From positions 73,515 through 137,514 of IMG/VR virus record IMGVR_UViG_3300032053_000011: DNA of 64,000 nucleotides. One strand, written 5' to 3'. A program made the translations under genes and the position numbers. Shown here piece by piece: positions 18,893 through 29,215 of this stretch. This DNA comes from a virus. Numbering within the stretch: the first letter of the stretch is position 1; every line of letters begins with the position of its first letter. The notes under the pieces were generated by a model. The model did not search any database and had not been told where the DNA came from. It saw nothing but the letters and a program-made list of their open reading frames with translations.

Positions 18893-19930
18893 ATGCACGA
18901 GAACCCACCACGGCGGCTCCCAGTGTTCGGCCAGAGCCGTGTCGCGCCCGAAGAGCACGCGCGCGAAGCGGAAGTGTTCGCCCGGCGAATGGAGCGACGT
19001 GAAAAATTCCTGGCCTTCGTTGCCGCACGCGACCTCGCACTGGTAGTGCGCCCGGTCGACCCGTATACCGGCCATGTCCATGAGCCGTGCATAGTCCCTG
19101 TCGGCGGGCCGCTTGTGATGCAGTACGACGACGGCGAAGGCGGCATCAGGACGAGCAGCCCGATCTGGTCCGCCGGTCTCTTCTCGGACACCACGAAGAT
19201 GAAGGCGCCGAGCTTCTCTCTTCCGGCCGGACTCCCCTCGGCCGGAGGGACCTGTCCCGCATCCAAGCTGGATGGTGAGCCTGACAAAGTCTTCATCTGC
19301 CACGACTGTTACGCCACCAAGGGCGGATACCAGTGGCCCAGAAATGTCGCGCTGAGCCTCATCCGGCGTGACTGGACCATCTCCGCGGTGCGCGACAGCA
19401 GCTTCGCGCCGGGGATGATTGCTTCCATCGAGACCATCCTCGAGCGACCGCATGACCCACGCTGGGACTCACGCTACTTCCGAGTCCATGACTCTGGCGA
19501 CTTCATGGGCAGCGCGGCGTACGTGCGTGCCTGGAACACCGTGGCGGCTCACTTCGTGAAACGCATCATCTTCTGGGCGCCCACCCGCGACTGGGTGTTC
19601 TTCCCCGATCAGGCCCAGACGGCACGGAAGTACGGCAACGTCCGACCGAACCCCGATCTCGCCGCGGCGATGCGAGAGCGCCCAGCGAACTTCGTGATCC
19701 GGCCGAGCGCGCTCCAGGTCGGCGATGCACCGCCGGTCGTGCATGGACTGGACGGCGGAACCAGCGTGGATACCCCGTCCATCCACGCCGCGTTCACCAC
19801 GTGCGGTCCTGCCGCCAAGGGCCACCAGTGCAGTTGCCCGGCGTACGAACGTAGCGTCAACTGCCAGAGCGCAGGATGCCGGACCTGCTGGATCTTCCCC
19901 AAACGCCAAGTCGGTTACAAACAGCACTGA
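18893..19930 (+). CDS. Phage Gp88-like Cys-rich protein
   Basis: KM...SFSLPAG...TCP...CHDCYATKG...YFRVHDSGDF...FWAPTR...CRTCW. Confidence 0.7.
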   Translation: MHENPPRRLPVFGQSRVAPEEHAREAEVFARRMERREKFLAFVAARDLALVVRPVDPYTGHVHEPCIVPVGGPLVMQYDDGEGGIRTSSPIWSAGLFSDTTKMKAPSFSLPAGLPSAGGTCPASKLDGEPDKVFICHDCYATKGGYQWPRNVALSLIRRDWTISAVRDSSFAPGMIASIETILERPHDPRWDSRYFRVHDSGDFMGSAAYVRAWNTVAAHFVKRIIFWAPTRDWVFFPDQAQTARKYGNVRPNPDLAAAMRERPANFVIRPSALQVGDAPPVVHGLDGGTSVDTPSIHAAFTTCGPAAKGHQCSCPAYERSVNCQSAGCRTCWIFPKRQVGYKQH

Positions 19931-19936
19931 GGTCCC

Positions 19937-20653
19937 ATGACCGGCGCCGATCGACTTCAACAGTTCTACGCACATTTTCTCGCCGACGCGCCTGCTGGGC
20001 CACCGTTCCCAATGTCATCGGCGGACACGCTCTTCGAGGCATGGCTCGAAGGACACGAGATCGCCCCCGACGACTTCCGCGAGGAGGACTGGATCGAATT
20101 CCTGACGCGCATCGGGATCACCGACTCGCGCGATCAGGATGCCTACCTCACGCGCCTTTCAGAATGGGGAGGCGTCGTTCACGTGGATCGGGAGACTGCC
20201 GCAGCCGCCGGACAGGTGTACTACGGCATGGTCGCCAATCCGAGTGCTGGATACCCAGCGCCGTACCAAGCCAACATCAGCAAGGTTGGCTCGCAGAACA
20301 GGAACTTCAGACGCGTGCTGCATACCGGGCAGCGCATGCAACTGGTCGTGATGAGTCTTCCGCCTGGGGGCGAGATCGGTGCCGAAACGCACGCGCACGT
20401 CGAGCAGATGATCTTCGTTCAGAACGGCAAGGGTCGCGCGTGGATCGGCGATTCAGTCCGAACGATCACGACCGGCGATGTCGTCGTAGTGCCAGCAGGC
20501 GCACGGCACAATGTGCAGAACGACGGCAAGGATCCATTGCAGCTCTACACCGTCTACGGTCCGCCCAATCACATCGATGGTCGCGTGCATGCGACGCGTG
20601 CTGATGCCGATGCCGACAACGCTGACGAGGAGTTCGGACGGCAGGTTCGGTAA
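19937..20653 (+). CDS. Cupin-domain protein with an N-terminal extension
   Basis: NRNFRRVLHTG..MQLVVMSL.PG.EIG.E.H...VPAGARHNV...LYTVY.PP.H. Confidence 0.85.
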   Translation: MTGADRLQQFYAHFLADAPAGPPFPMSSADTLFEAWLEGHEIAPDDFREEDWIEFLTRIGITDSRDQDAYLTRLSEWGGVVHVDRETAAAAGQVYYGMVANPSAGYPAPYQANISKVGSQNRNFRRVLHTGQRMQLVVMSLPPGGEIGAETHAHVEQMIFVQNGKGRAWIGDSVRTITTGDVVVVPAGARHNVQNDGKDPLQLYTVYGPPNHIDGRVHATRADADADNADEEFGRQVR

Positions 20654-20665
20654 CTGGTATGCAGC

Positions 20666-21265
20666 TCAGCGCTCGCGGAGCGCCTCTTCGATTCGCTCGC
20701 GCTGTGCATGCACCGCTGAAACGAGCTTACGCATCTCCGCCTCGGTCGCCTCGATTCGTTGCTGATCGGTTCGCGCCTGACTCTCCGCCTGTGCTCGGAC
20801 GCGATCCAGTTCGCGCCTGAGCATGGCGTTGTCGTTCTTGGCCCACTTGGCCATCGCTTGAATGATCGTCTTCGTGCGGACGTCGGGCCGCTCGATCTTG
20901 TCGAGATCGATCCGTAGCTCGCGCGCGCAGTCCTCGATGTTGGCCGTTGGATCACCATCAAGAGACGACGAAATCGGTGGTCGTTCATACTTGCAGTTCC
21001 CGCAATCGATCCAGTCGGCAGGTCTGGGAACGTGCGGCTCACAGCCGCACTTCCATGTTCCGCTCTCGCACCACGTTCCGACCTTCGCTGCTTCCCTGGT
21101 CGCGACACGCTCTGGATACGCGTCGTCCAATCGCTGCCGTGCCGCAGGATCCCCCGGCATGAAGTGCCGATCGCAGGCATAGGATCCGCCGCAGTCGGTG
21201 CACGACGCGTTGAATCCGGCGTCTACTTCCCGCTGTTGAGTACCGTCACCGCGGTTCCCCATCAT
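20666..21265 (-). CDS. Cys-rich, coiled-coil hypothetical protein
   Basis: ATGA-coupled; CxxC motifs and a C-terminal heptad pattern. Confidence 0.5.
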   Translation of the reverse strand: MMGNRGDGTQQREVDAGFNASCTDCGGSYACDRHFMPGDPAARQRLDDAYPERVATREAAKVGTWCESGTWKCGCEPHVPRPADWIDCGNCKYERPPISSSLDGDPTANIEDCARELRIDLDKIERPDVRTKTIIQAMAKWAKNDNAMLRRELDRVRAQAESQARTDQQRIEATEAEMRKLVSAVHAQRERIEEALRER

Positions 21266-21732
21266 GGCCTCACGACTCGGCGAGCGGCATGATGAACGGC
21301 ACAACACGACTGGCCGTGAACCGCGTCATTCTCGCAGTCCAGAACGGCGCACGGAGGAGCATCGGAGATCGCGCGACTCAGCACAGCGATCACCTCGAGA
21401 TGCGAATGCGTGTCATTGTAGAGTCCGATTTGAGCATCGCTCTTCTTGCGCGACACAAACTCGATGTGGGTCAACAATATGACCAACGCATGGATCTCGG
21501 CGCGGCGCGTTGGCGCCACGCGCTGGACCGCGCCACGAAGGCACCAGCATGCGGCGCGGGGATCGCTCACGCCGACTGATACACCGTCGCTGCTCCGAGC
21601 ATATGCAACCTGGGACCAGCATCCAGGCGGCGAGATCAGATCACGTGCATCGCGCAGAACTCCGATGGCCAACGTGCGTTCCTCGGCGTTCATCGGCTTC
21701 CGGTCCTCAACATTGTAGAGAAACTCGGTCAT
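21262..21732 (-). CDS. Phage hypothetical protein (DUF6197-like)
   Basis: LRDARDLI...WSQ.AYAR...CWCL.GAV. Confidence 0.55.
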   Translation of the reverse strand: MTEFLYNVEDRKPMNAEERTLAIGVLRDARDLISPPGCWSQVAYARSSDGVSVGVSDPRAACWCLRGAVQRVAPTRRAEIHALVILLTHIEFVSRKKSDAQIGLYNDTHSHLEVIAVLSRAISDAPPCAVLDCENDAVHGQSCCAVHHAARRVVRP

Positions 21733-22152
21733 CGCGAAGCCTCAAGCGGTCCGATGGGTCGAATGGCACCGCAACGCGGACACCGGTCGACGGCAGCCCC
21801 CACGACGCGCGCAAGATCACCATCGCAATGGCAGCACCAGAACTCTCCCTCCGCACCTACGATCCATATCCCGGCCACTGTTGCTTCTGCGGCCGAGTCA
21901 TCGCCGCAGTGCGGACATGACCCGACTGAAGATCCGAAGCCGTCCGGGTGCGAGCACAGCGCGATGCGCAGAACGCCGGTGATCTGGGCGAGCGTCGATC
22001 GCACGGATAACAGATCCATCCAGTCGGGATCCTCTGCTGACGCCGCGAACGCCGCCACATCGCGGTCGCATTCGGCCAGCATGGCGAGGGCCTTCTCGCA
22101 TGCCTTACGCACCGACGTTTCGAGAACAGCCGCGGGAGATGCCGATGGCGCG

Positions 22153-22632
22153 TCAGCGTCCATTGCTACCCACCGCGATCCGCGGCCGTGCCGCTCGTGG
22201 CGCCTTCGCCGGTGTGCGCGCCGGATCACGCGCAGCCTTCGCACTCTTCACAGCGTCCTTCACCGCCGCCGCGGGCGCGGCTTTGTTTCGTGGTCGTCCA
22301 CGAACGCGTGGATACTCGCGAGCGAGATCGTCCAAGCCGAGCCCCCGTGGATCGCTCAAGGGCAGCAGCCAGTAATGCAGCACGCGCTGTGAGACCTTCA
22401 ACATGCGCGCGCTCTGATCCCTGTTGCCAGCATGCGTCTCGAGCGCCGCGCGAACGGCCGCACGAACGAGTTCCAGCGACGGAGCATGACCAGACCGCGC
22501 GAACCGGGCCAAGACCGCCAGCTTGACCGGGATGACCGGGGCGGTCTTCGTCGCGTGCCGTTCCTTGTGGGAGCTCTCGCTGATGTGCTCGAAAGCACCG
22601 CCCGTCCTTGCACAAAAAACACAGCCGTTCAT
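22153..22632 (-). CDS. Fis-type HTH protein with a basic tail (start uncertain)
   Basis: VRAALETHAGNRDQSARMLKVSQRVLHYWL. Confidence 0.6.
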   Translation of the reverse strand: MNGCVFCARTGGAFEHISESSHKERHATKTAPVIPVKLAVLARFARSGHAPSLELVRAAVRAALETHAGNRDQSARMLKVSQRVLHYWLLPLSDPRGLGLDDLAREYPRVRGRPRNKAAPAAAVKDAVKSAKAARDPARTPAKAPRAARPRIAVGSNGR

Positions 22633-22719
22633 GGCCGAACACCATAACGCACGGGGCGTGCGGCTGTCACCGCAATGCGGACCGTCCGAGTACCGATCGT
22701 ACTCGGACGGCATGCCCGC

Positions 22720-24279
22720 CTACTCGACATCGAGCGCTGCACTGCGCCCGCCGGAGCGCTCGGCTGCCTCGGGGGTGCTTGCCGGTCGCGCACGGCCCTT
22801 TGCCCAGGTTCGGAGCACCTCGAGCTTCTCGCTCGCGCTCTTGCTCTGCGGCACGACGTTCTTCGCGGCCTCGAGCAGGTCGGCCGAGGTGATCGCACGC
22901 TCGTTCTCGGCGAACGCCACGAACAGCGCATCGGGCACCAGGGCAGACAGCTCTGCGCCGGTGAATCCTGCGGTGGCGCGCGCGACGCTGTCGATCTGGG
23001 CGTCCGGCGCGCGATCGTACTGACGAAGCGACGACGCCAGGATGGCGCTGCGCTCCACCGCGGTCGGCAGATCGAGGAAGAACACCTCGTCGAAGCGGCC
23101 CTTGCGCATTAGCTCGGGCGGCAGCGCGCGAACGTCGTTGGCGGTCGCGATCACGAAGACCGAACCGACCCGCTCTTGCATCCAAGACAGTACCGCGCCA
23201 AGTGCATCGGCCGCCACGCCGCCGTCGCCCTGGGGCGAGGTGCTGCCGCCGAGCGCCTTCTCGATCTCGTCGAGCCAGAGCACGCAGGGGCTGACTGCTT
23301 CGGCCACCTGGAGCGCCTTGCGGATGTTGGCCTCCGACTCGCCGACCCACTTCGACTTGAGCGCGCCCATGTCCAGGCGCAAGAGCGGCATGCCCCAGGC
23401 GCTGGCGATGCACTTCGCCACGAGGCTCTTGCCGGTCCCGGGCGGACCGATCAGGAGCGCGCCCTTCGGCGCGGGCAGACCGAAGGCACGTGCGCGCGGC
23501 GAGAATGCCTGCTTGCGCGCGGAGAGCCAGTTCTTGAGCAGGTCCAGGCCGCCGACGGCCTCCATGCCGCGCGGATCCGGCTCGTGCCACGTAAGGACCT
23601 TCTCGCGAGCGATCACACGGCGCTTCTCAGCGCTGACGATCGCGGGATCGATCTTCTTGAGCGTGACGAGCGAACGTGCGTAGCAGTTGGCGGCTTCCTC
23701 CGAGGTGAGACCGACCGCCGCGTCGATCGCGGCCTCGCGGATCGGACCATCGGCGACCTTGTCGCGGATCTTCTCGGGGAGCGCCTCGATCACGTCCGAA
23801 AGAATCTGCGCGACCTCGGCACGGTCGGGGAGCGGATACTCGATCACCGTAGTATGGCCGGATAGCTCGGGCGGGACATCGCCGCTCGGCGTGAGGACGA
23901 TGATCGTGCGGGCCACGTCGGAAGGCGCGCTTTGAAGCGACCGCGCGAGTGAACGTACGCCGCGCAGGACGACGGGATCCAACCACTTGTGCAAGTCGCG
24001 CAGGACGTAGACACAACGCTCTTTGCTATCCCGGATGTAGTCGAGGACGGCGCTCGGGTCCTTGTCGCCAGAGACCTCCTCGCCCTCGAGGTCGGTGAGG
24101 CCAGTGGCGCAATCCCAGAACCGGGTCTCGTACTTCGCAACCGCGCACGCATCGGCGATCGCGCGTTCGACGCGCACTTCCTCGCGGGTGACGATCCACA
24201 ACAGCGTGTTGCGCGCCTTGAGGAGCGCGGTGATGTCTGCGTTGGTCTTCTGTCCGCGGGTCTGGGTCTCGGTGGCCAT
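22720..24279 (-). CDS. Ycf46-like AAA+ ATPase
   Basis: VGGLDLLK, PKGALLIGPPGTGKS, VGESE, LWLDEIEK and PPELMRKGRFDE motifs; AAGGAG RBS before ATG 24279. Confidence 0.9.
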   Translation of the reverse strand: MATETQTRGQKTNADITALLKARNTLLWIVTREEVRVERAIADACAVAKYETRFWDCATGLTDLEGEEVSGDKDPSAVLDYIRDSKERCVYVLRDLHKWLDPVVLRGVRSLARSLQSAPSDVARTIIVLTPSGDVPPELSGHTTVIEYPLPDRAEVAQILSDVIEALPEKIRDKVADGPIREAAIDAAVGLTSEEAANCYARSLVTLKKIDPAIVSAEKRRVIAREKVLTWHEPDPRGMEAVGGLDLLKNWLSARKQAFSPRARAFGLPAPKGALLIGPPGTGKSLVAKCIASAWGMPLLRLDMGALKSKWVGESEANIRKALQVAEAVSPCVLWLDEIEKALGGSTSPQGDGGVAADALGAVLSWMQERVGSVFVIATANDVRALPPELMRKGRFDEVFFLDLPTAVERSAILASSLRQYDRAPDAQIDSVARATAGFTGAELSALVPDALFVAFAENERAITSADLLEAAKNVVPQSKSASEKLEVLRTWAKGRARPASTPEAAERSGGRSAALDVE

Positions 24280-24318
24280 GTGAGAAACTCCTTGCCGGGG
24301 TCCGATCCCGACTCCCAG

Positions 24319-24347
24319 AGAATAGTGCACGGGCCGTGCGTCGTCAA
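24319..24347 (-). promoter_or_regulatory. Sigma70-type promoter with the palindrome GCACGG-G-CCGTGC in its spacer
   Basis: TTGACG-N17-TATTCT on the minus strand; same palindrome at 29225-29237. Confidence 0.7.
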
Positions 24348-24560
24348 GCCATTACGAGCGTTTTCGAATACGCCGGTTCGGAATGATCGTTTCCGTGCGG
24401 ATTCCCCACTTGTCTTTCACGTGGTGCCAGCCTGGGAAAGCACGGGATGGCGCCACGTAGGTACCCGGCTCCCAGCTATTCAGCGTGATCGGCGGCGGCG
24501 GGTTCGCCCGGATGAACTCGATGGGATCGCCCTCGAGAAACGCCTTCACGAATGGCTTTC

Positions 24561-26381
24561 TCACCGGCCGTCGCCGAGCACTCGGATCATCTCGATCGCC
24601 GCGCCGCGCTTCGCGTCGATCTTGCTTCCGGCCCGGGCGTGGACAATCAGCTCGCGCACCTTGCACGCGCAGAGCATCACCGGAATGTGCGGTGGACCGC
24701 TGACCTCGAACGTGTACGACGGCATCACGTTCTCGATCTGGCACCATTCCTGGAGTGTGGAGATGGGGTCCTTCGAGGGGTTCAAGGTCGGCACCGGCGC
24801 AGCGACGGGGACAGGCGCCGTCGGGCTCACCGGCGGACGCTCCATGTCCGCCTGGGGCACTGGCACGCCCGCCATGTTCGCGAGAATGGCAACCGTCGCC
24901 AACTGCTCCGCGCGTTTCTTCTGCTTGGCACTGGCCTTCCCAGTCCACACAACACCGTCGATCGACACCGACGCAACGACCTCGAACACCGGCACGGTAC
25001 CGGGCGCGGTACTAGTGAGTTCGTATTGCGGCACGGTCCATCTCGGATCGAGCGACGCCGCCTGTGCGAGAGCGCTCACCGCATCCTCCGGGCGCTGAGC
25101 CAGCGCTGCGATGATGGCGGCGCGCATGGGCCGCCACGCATCGGTCATCGGCGCCTGCGTCAGGACGACCGTCATCGCCAAGAGTGGGGTCTTGTTCTCT
25201 CTGGTGCGAAGCAGGAACGCATCGGCGAACGCCGCGGACGGGTCGAGACCAGACCGGGCCTCGACCTTCGTCACTCGCTCGAAATCCTTGTGCGCGAGGC
25301 CATCGATCTGCCGAGCACCGATCGCGCGCGCGGCCTTCTGCTCGCTCTTCTCTTTCATCGCTCGAGATGTGGCAGCGTCCTCCGCCTTCATCACCGTCGC
25401 GATGTGCTCGGCGAACACCGTCATCTGATCCTTCGCGTAGAAGTGCGTGCCGTCTTTCAGCGCTCGGCGGATCTGGCGATGGTTGATCAGATCCGCGTAT
25501 CGTCGAATGGGAGAGGTGAAGTGCGTGTAGACCGGAAGGTTCAGCCCATAGTGGCCGAGCACCGAGCCGCCGTAAGATGCGCGGTCGAGCAGCAGATGCG
25601 TACGCTGACGGAGGGCATCGAGTCCCTGGAGCGGCGCAGTGATGGCGCCGCCGAGCTGTCGTTGTAACTCCGCCCGGTCAGGCGCCGCCGCGCGCGCGAC
25701 GTGGTTGCGAAATAGGATCGGGATGTCTTGATCCACAGCCCAACGAGCGATCGCGCTGTTCGCGAGGATCATCAGCTCCTGGATGAGGATGTATCCGACG
25801 GTGGCGTCATGGCTCTCGATCCGTCGAAGGAATCCCTCCTCGCTGGCCACCCAGCCGTTGTTGAGGTCGTACAGGACGAAGGCTCCATCCAACCGGCGCT
25901 TGTCGAGCAACGCTCGCGTGAGCGACGCCGCGGAGATCAACATGGCGCGATACGGCGGATCCATCTCTCCATTCAGGATCGCTGGGATCTCTCGATAGGT
26001 GAGCTTCGCAAGGCTGACCAGGATCTCGTGCGACACGGTCACGTCTGTGTTCGTGAGGCTTTCTTTGTCGACGGCGATCGTCACCGCCAGCACGCGACGT
26101 TTCTGTCCAGGCCACAGCGAGATGTCCCCCTCACTCAGATCACGCCGAAGCATCGGGCTATTCCCCGAAGCGAAGTACCGCGTCTCGGCCATCACGCGCG
26201 CGCGCAGATCATCTTCGTCGCCATCCTTGACGAACGCAGCGACGTCCGCGATCGAAACGGTCACCTTCCATGCCGTCGCAGTCTCCTCGACCCAGATCGC
26301 ATCGTCGATGTCGCGTGTCGAAGCGTCGTCGATCGTCAGCCCAGAGATCGTTGGCTCCCCATATACTTTCTCGGTCTTCAT
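24561..26381 (-). CDS. RNase II/R-family (RNB) exoribonuclease fused to two dsRNA-binding domains
   Basis: TIDDASTRDIDDA, VSIADV, ELMILAN and HYGL...YTHFTSPIRRYADL.NHR motifs; C-terminal DAVSAL...KKRAEQLA and DPISTLQEWCQ...SKIDAKRGAA. Confidence 0.88.
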   Translation of the reverse strand: MKTEKVYGEPTISGLTIDDASTRDIDDAIWVEETATAWKVTVSIADVAAFVKDGDEDDLRARVMAETRYFASGNSPMLRRDLSEGDISLWPGQKRRVLAVTIAVDKESLTNTDVTVSHEILVSLAKLTYREIPAILNGEMDPPYRAMLISAASLTRALLDKRRLDGAFVLYDLNNGWVASEEGFLRRIESHDATVGYILIQELMILANSAIARWAVDQDIPILFRNHVARAAAPDRAELQRQLGGAITAPLQGLDALRQRTHLLLDRASYGGSVLGHYGLNLPVYTHFTSPIRRYADLINHRQIRRALKDGTHFYAKDQMTVFAEHIATVMKAEDAATSRAMKEKSEQKAARAIGARQIDGLAHKDFERVTKVEARSGLDPSAAFADAFLLRTRENKTPLLAMTVVLTQAPMTDAWRPMRAAIIAALAQRPEDAVSALAQAASLDPRWTVPQYELTSTAPGTVPVFEVVASVSIDGVVWTGKASAKQKKRAEQLATVAILANMAGVPVPQADMERPPVSPTAPVPVAAPVPTLNPSKDPISTLQEWCQIENVMPSYTFEVSGPPHIPVMLCACKVRELIVHARAGSKIDAKRGAAIEMIRVLGDGR

Positions 26382-27772
26382 GACTTCTCCTGGTACAGCG
26401 ACACATGAACGAGCCCTGCGGATGGGCAGATGGAAACTCTGGTGCCAGCGGGGTATCGCGTACACGCTTTCGGCACGAGTACGATCGGGATGTTGCGCTC
26501 GAGCGCCACCTGGGCGAGATGAGCCAACGCGCCTCCGGCTTCGGTGATCACGCCCTTCGCAGACAGGAGAGACTCGAGCCGGTCTGGATGCAGATCGGGC
26601 AGAACGATGATGTCCGTCCCAACGACGCCGTAGACGTCTGCGCCGCCAACGAGCACGGCACACTCGAAGTTGCCGAGCCGTTCCTGGAGCTCGTACATCG
26701 TGTGGTCCGCGCCCTTGCAGACCTCGGAATCGGGGTTGTAGGCGTCTTCGATCGGGAGTCCCGCGCCGAGCCACCAATCCGTGTGGTACGGATCATCGTT
26801 TGTCATCTTCGTTCCAGAATGGGCGACACACTTCCATGCCGGAGCGAGGTGGCGCAGCGAGGTTCGGTGGAGTGCCCAGTTCATGAACGGCGCACGCGGA
26901 ACCGAAGCCACCACCTTGCCGCCCTCGGTGGTCACGTCGAGCATGTCGCCATTCGCACGCTCGATGACGCCGAGGCGAATGCGGTCGAGTTCGGCACGGT
27001 ACTCCACCTCTTGCGCGTCTTCGCGTAGCGCTCGTTCCATGGCCACCGCGGACCGCGACGGCCGCGGCAGCTCTTCGTCCGAGTCCTCATCAGGTACTGA
27101 CCTCGCGCGGTCGCCACAGCGTGCGCTCCAGCCCTCTTTGGTGAGCGTGCGGCCAGCGGCGAGAAAGTCGGCGAGCGCCTTCGTCGGCGTCGTGTTCTCG
27201 GTCCACCACACCGGTGGTTCGCCGCATGCCTCGAAGATGATGCAAGCTTCCCATGGGTCACGATCGGGGCGGTCGACTCGGCAGACGCGATCGCCTTCCC
27301 CTGCATAGAACGAGACACGATCGTCGTAACCACGCTCTGTGATACCGCGTGTGCGGACACGTCTCGAGTTCGCGTGATCGGCATCGTCCGGGCCCAAGTC
27401 CATCACCTCCGCGCTCGGCCGCCACCATGTCCCGTCGATGCGGATGCGTCCCGCATAGAGGTATCGGACCTGCGCGATGTACTCGAGGTCATCGTCATCG
27501 GCGGCGTCCATGCCCGTCTCGTCCCCGACCAACTTCTGTCTGCCGTCGAGTAGCTCCGAAGCAACATGCTCCGCGGCGCCGGGCGGGCCGCCACCGAGGC
27601 CATCGACGATCAGACGCCATGCCTTTCCGGGCATGTCAGATAGGAAGATGTCGCGCGCCGCGCGGGTGAGATACTCGCCCGAGATGCGGAAGTGCGTGAC
27701 CCCGCACCTGCGCTCAGCGGGCTCCGCTGTTTCCTGGCGCGCTACCGACGTCTTGTTCTTCTTCGTTCGCAT
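26378..27772 (-). CDS. Protein with a C-terminal PEP-utilising mobile (phospho-His swivel) domain
   Basis: KGVITEAGGALAHLAQVALERNIPIV; ATGA overlap with the RNB gene. Confidence 0.75.
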   Translation of the reverse strand: MRTKKNKTSVARQETAEPAERRCGVTHFRISGEYLTRAARDIFLSDMPGKAWRLIVDGLGGGPPGAAEHVASELLDGRQKLVGDETGMDAADDDDLEYIAQVRYLYAGRIRIDGTWWRPSAEVMDLGPDDADHANSRRVRTRGITERGYDDRVSFYAGEGDRVCRVDRPDRDPWEACIIFEACGEPPVWWTENTTPTKALADFLAAGRTLTKEGWSARCGDRARSVPDEDSDEELPRPSRSAVAMERALREDAQEVEYRAELDRIRLGVIERANGDMLDVTTEGGKVVASVPRAPFMNWALHRTSLRHLAPAWKCVAHSGTKMTNDDPYHTDWWLGAGLPIEDAYNPDSEVCKGADHTMYELQERLGNFECAVLVGGADVYGVVGTDIIVLPDLHPDRLESLLSAKGVITEAGGALAHLAQVALERNIPIVLVPKACTRYPAGTRVSICPSAGLVHVSLYQEKS

Positions 27773-28028
27773 TCGTATCCCCTGGTCGATTGTCTGCGCG
27801 CCCGTGGCTCCGCGATCGGAGCGCGAACTCATCGTCCGAGCGTCATCCCCATGGACATGGCGCCCCGGAGTGAGCTGGCCTCGCCGCTGAAGACCTCGGT
27901 GCCATCCTTGAGTGCCCAGACACGAAATCGCTCATGGCCAACCTGCGTCGCAACGACGACGTAGGGACCCGATTCGTAGCGATCCATCAGCTTTGATCTC
28001 GCCTTTCGGCTTTGGCTGTTCATGTCTT

Positions 28029-28367
28029 CTACTTGTGGCCCGGGTGCCATGTGTTGCCACCGTCGTGCGAGTGCACGCCTGCTCCGACCGCCTGTGGGTT
28101 GAGCTTGCGTCCGCTGGTCGTCTCGGCGCGCGAGACGGCTTGGCGGAGTGCCCAGGAATTCCTCGCCGCCAGCGCGCGGTACGCGCAGACGTCGGACACG
28201 CCATCGCTGTCCTTCCAACCGGAGAAGGCGATCGCGCCGTTCTGTCCGATGTTGGCGCGGACCCGCCCGGCCGTGAGAGCGACCTCCAGGCGGCTCAGTG
28301 CCTTGGTGATCTGGATGTTGCGCGTCTCGAGCGTCATGCCCTCGGGGATCTTGCTATCGCACGGCAT
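28029..28367 (-). CDS. Hypothetical protein
   Basis: TGATG-coupled to the upstream gene. Confidence 0.6.
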   Translation of the reverse strand: MPCDSKIPEGMTLETRNIQITKALSRLEVALTAGRVRANIGQNGAIAFSGWKDSDGVSDVCAYRALAARNSWALRQAVSRAETTSGRKLNPQAVGAGVHSHDGGNTWHPGHK

Positions 28368-29167
28368 CAGACTGCCGCCGCGTGAACAACCGGGGCATCC
28401 GTGGCCGCGTCGGCATCGGCATCGGCGCCGAGATCCGCGAACCGCTGAATGGTGACCGCGGGGAGCGACAGGGAGGTCTGAACGGCATCCTCTTCGAGGT
28501 CGAGGAATGTGACCCGGGCGCGGTCGATTGCGCCGCGACGCATGTCCTTGAGAACGAGGGCAGCCTCTTCGCCGCCCTTCTCGATGCGGCGAACGATCTC
28601 GCGGGCATTGGCGCGGGCCGCCGTCACCGCCTCGGTCACGATCTTCTCGCGTTCCGGCGATAGCATCGCCGACAGCTCACGGGCGCGGGTCGCGGCGGCG
28701 CGGATCGATTCCGGGTTGAGCTTCTCGACGCTCGAGCCCAGCTCGTTGATCAGACCAGCCAACTCCGCGTTGATCGTCTTCACGGCCTGCTCGTCGGTCG
28801 CAGCGATCCGGCCACGAAGCATGTGCAGCTCCACGACGGAGCACTTGGCCTGCGCGTTGTGGGCATCGCGCATCTCGAGCGCCTTGGCGAACGCTGCGTC
28901 GAGCTCCGCTTCCTTTTCGGCGGGGCACAGCAGACCGAAACTCGTCGTAATGCATACGCCGCGTATCTGCGCGATCGCGTTGCTGCGAGCCTTCTGCGCC
29001 AGCGCGTGCTCCTTCGGGTCGTTGATCACGCGCGTTGTTTCCCAACGGACGGTCGCTTCCGAGTCGGACTCGAGGTTGACGCGGGTGTAGTTGACTCCAC
29101 CGCGGACGGTGCTGCGCAGGGCGATGAGGAGGCCGGGCTTGATCGTGAGGGTCGCTGACGGTGCCAT
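28367..29167 (-). CDS. Helical hypothetical protein (possibly DUF3150-like)
   Basis: AAAGGA RBS, start MAPSATLT; long alpha-helical composition. The family assignment is tentative. Confidence 0.6.
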   Translation of the reverse strand: MAPSATLTIKPGLLIALRSTVRGGVNYTRVNLESDSEATVRWETTRVINDPKEHALAQKARSNAIAQIRGVCITTSFGLLCPAEKEAELDAAFAKALEMRDAHNAQAKCSVVELHMLRGRIAATDEQAVKTINAELAGLINELGSSVEKLNPESIRAAATRARELSAMLSPEREKIVTEAVTAARANAREIVRRIEKGGEEAALVLKDMRRGAIDRARVTFLDLEEDAVQTSLSLPAVTIQRFADLGADADADAATDAPVVHAAAV

Positions 29168-29215
29168 GTGACGGATCCTTTGGTTGGGCGCCAGCGGTGT
29201 TGCTGACGTTGGGTA

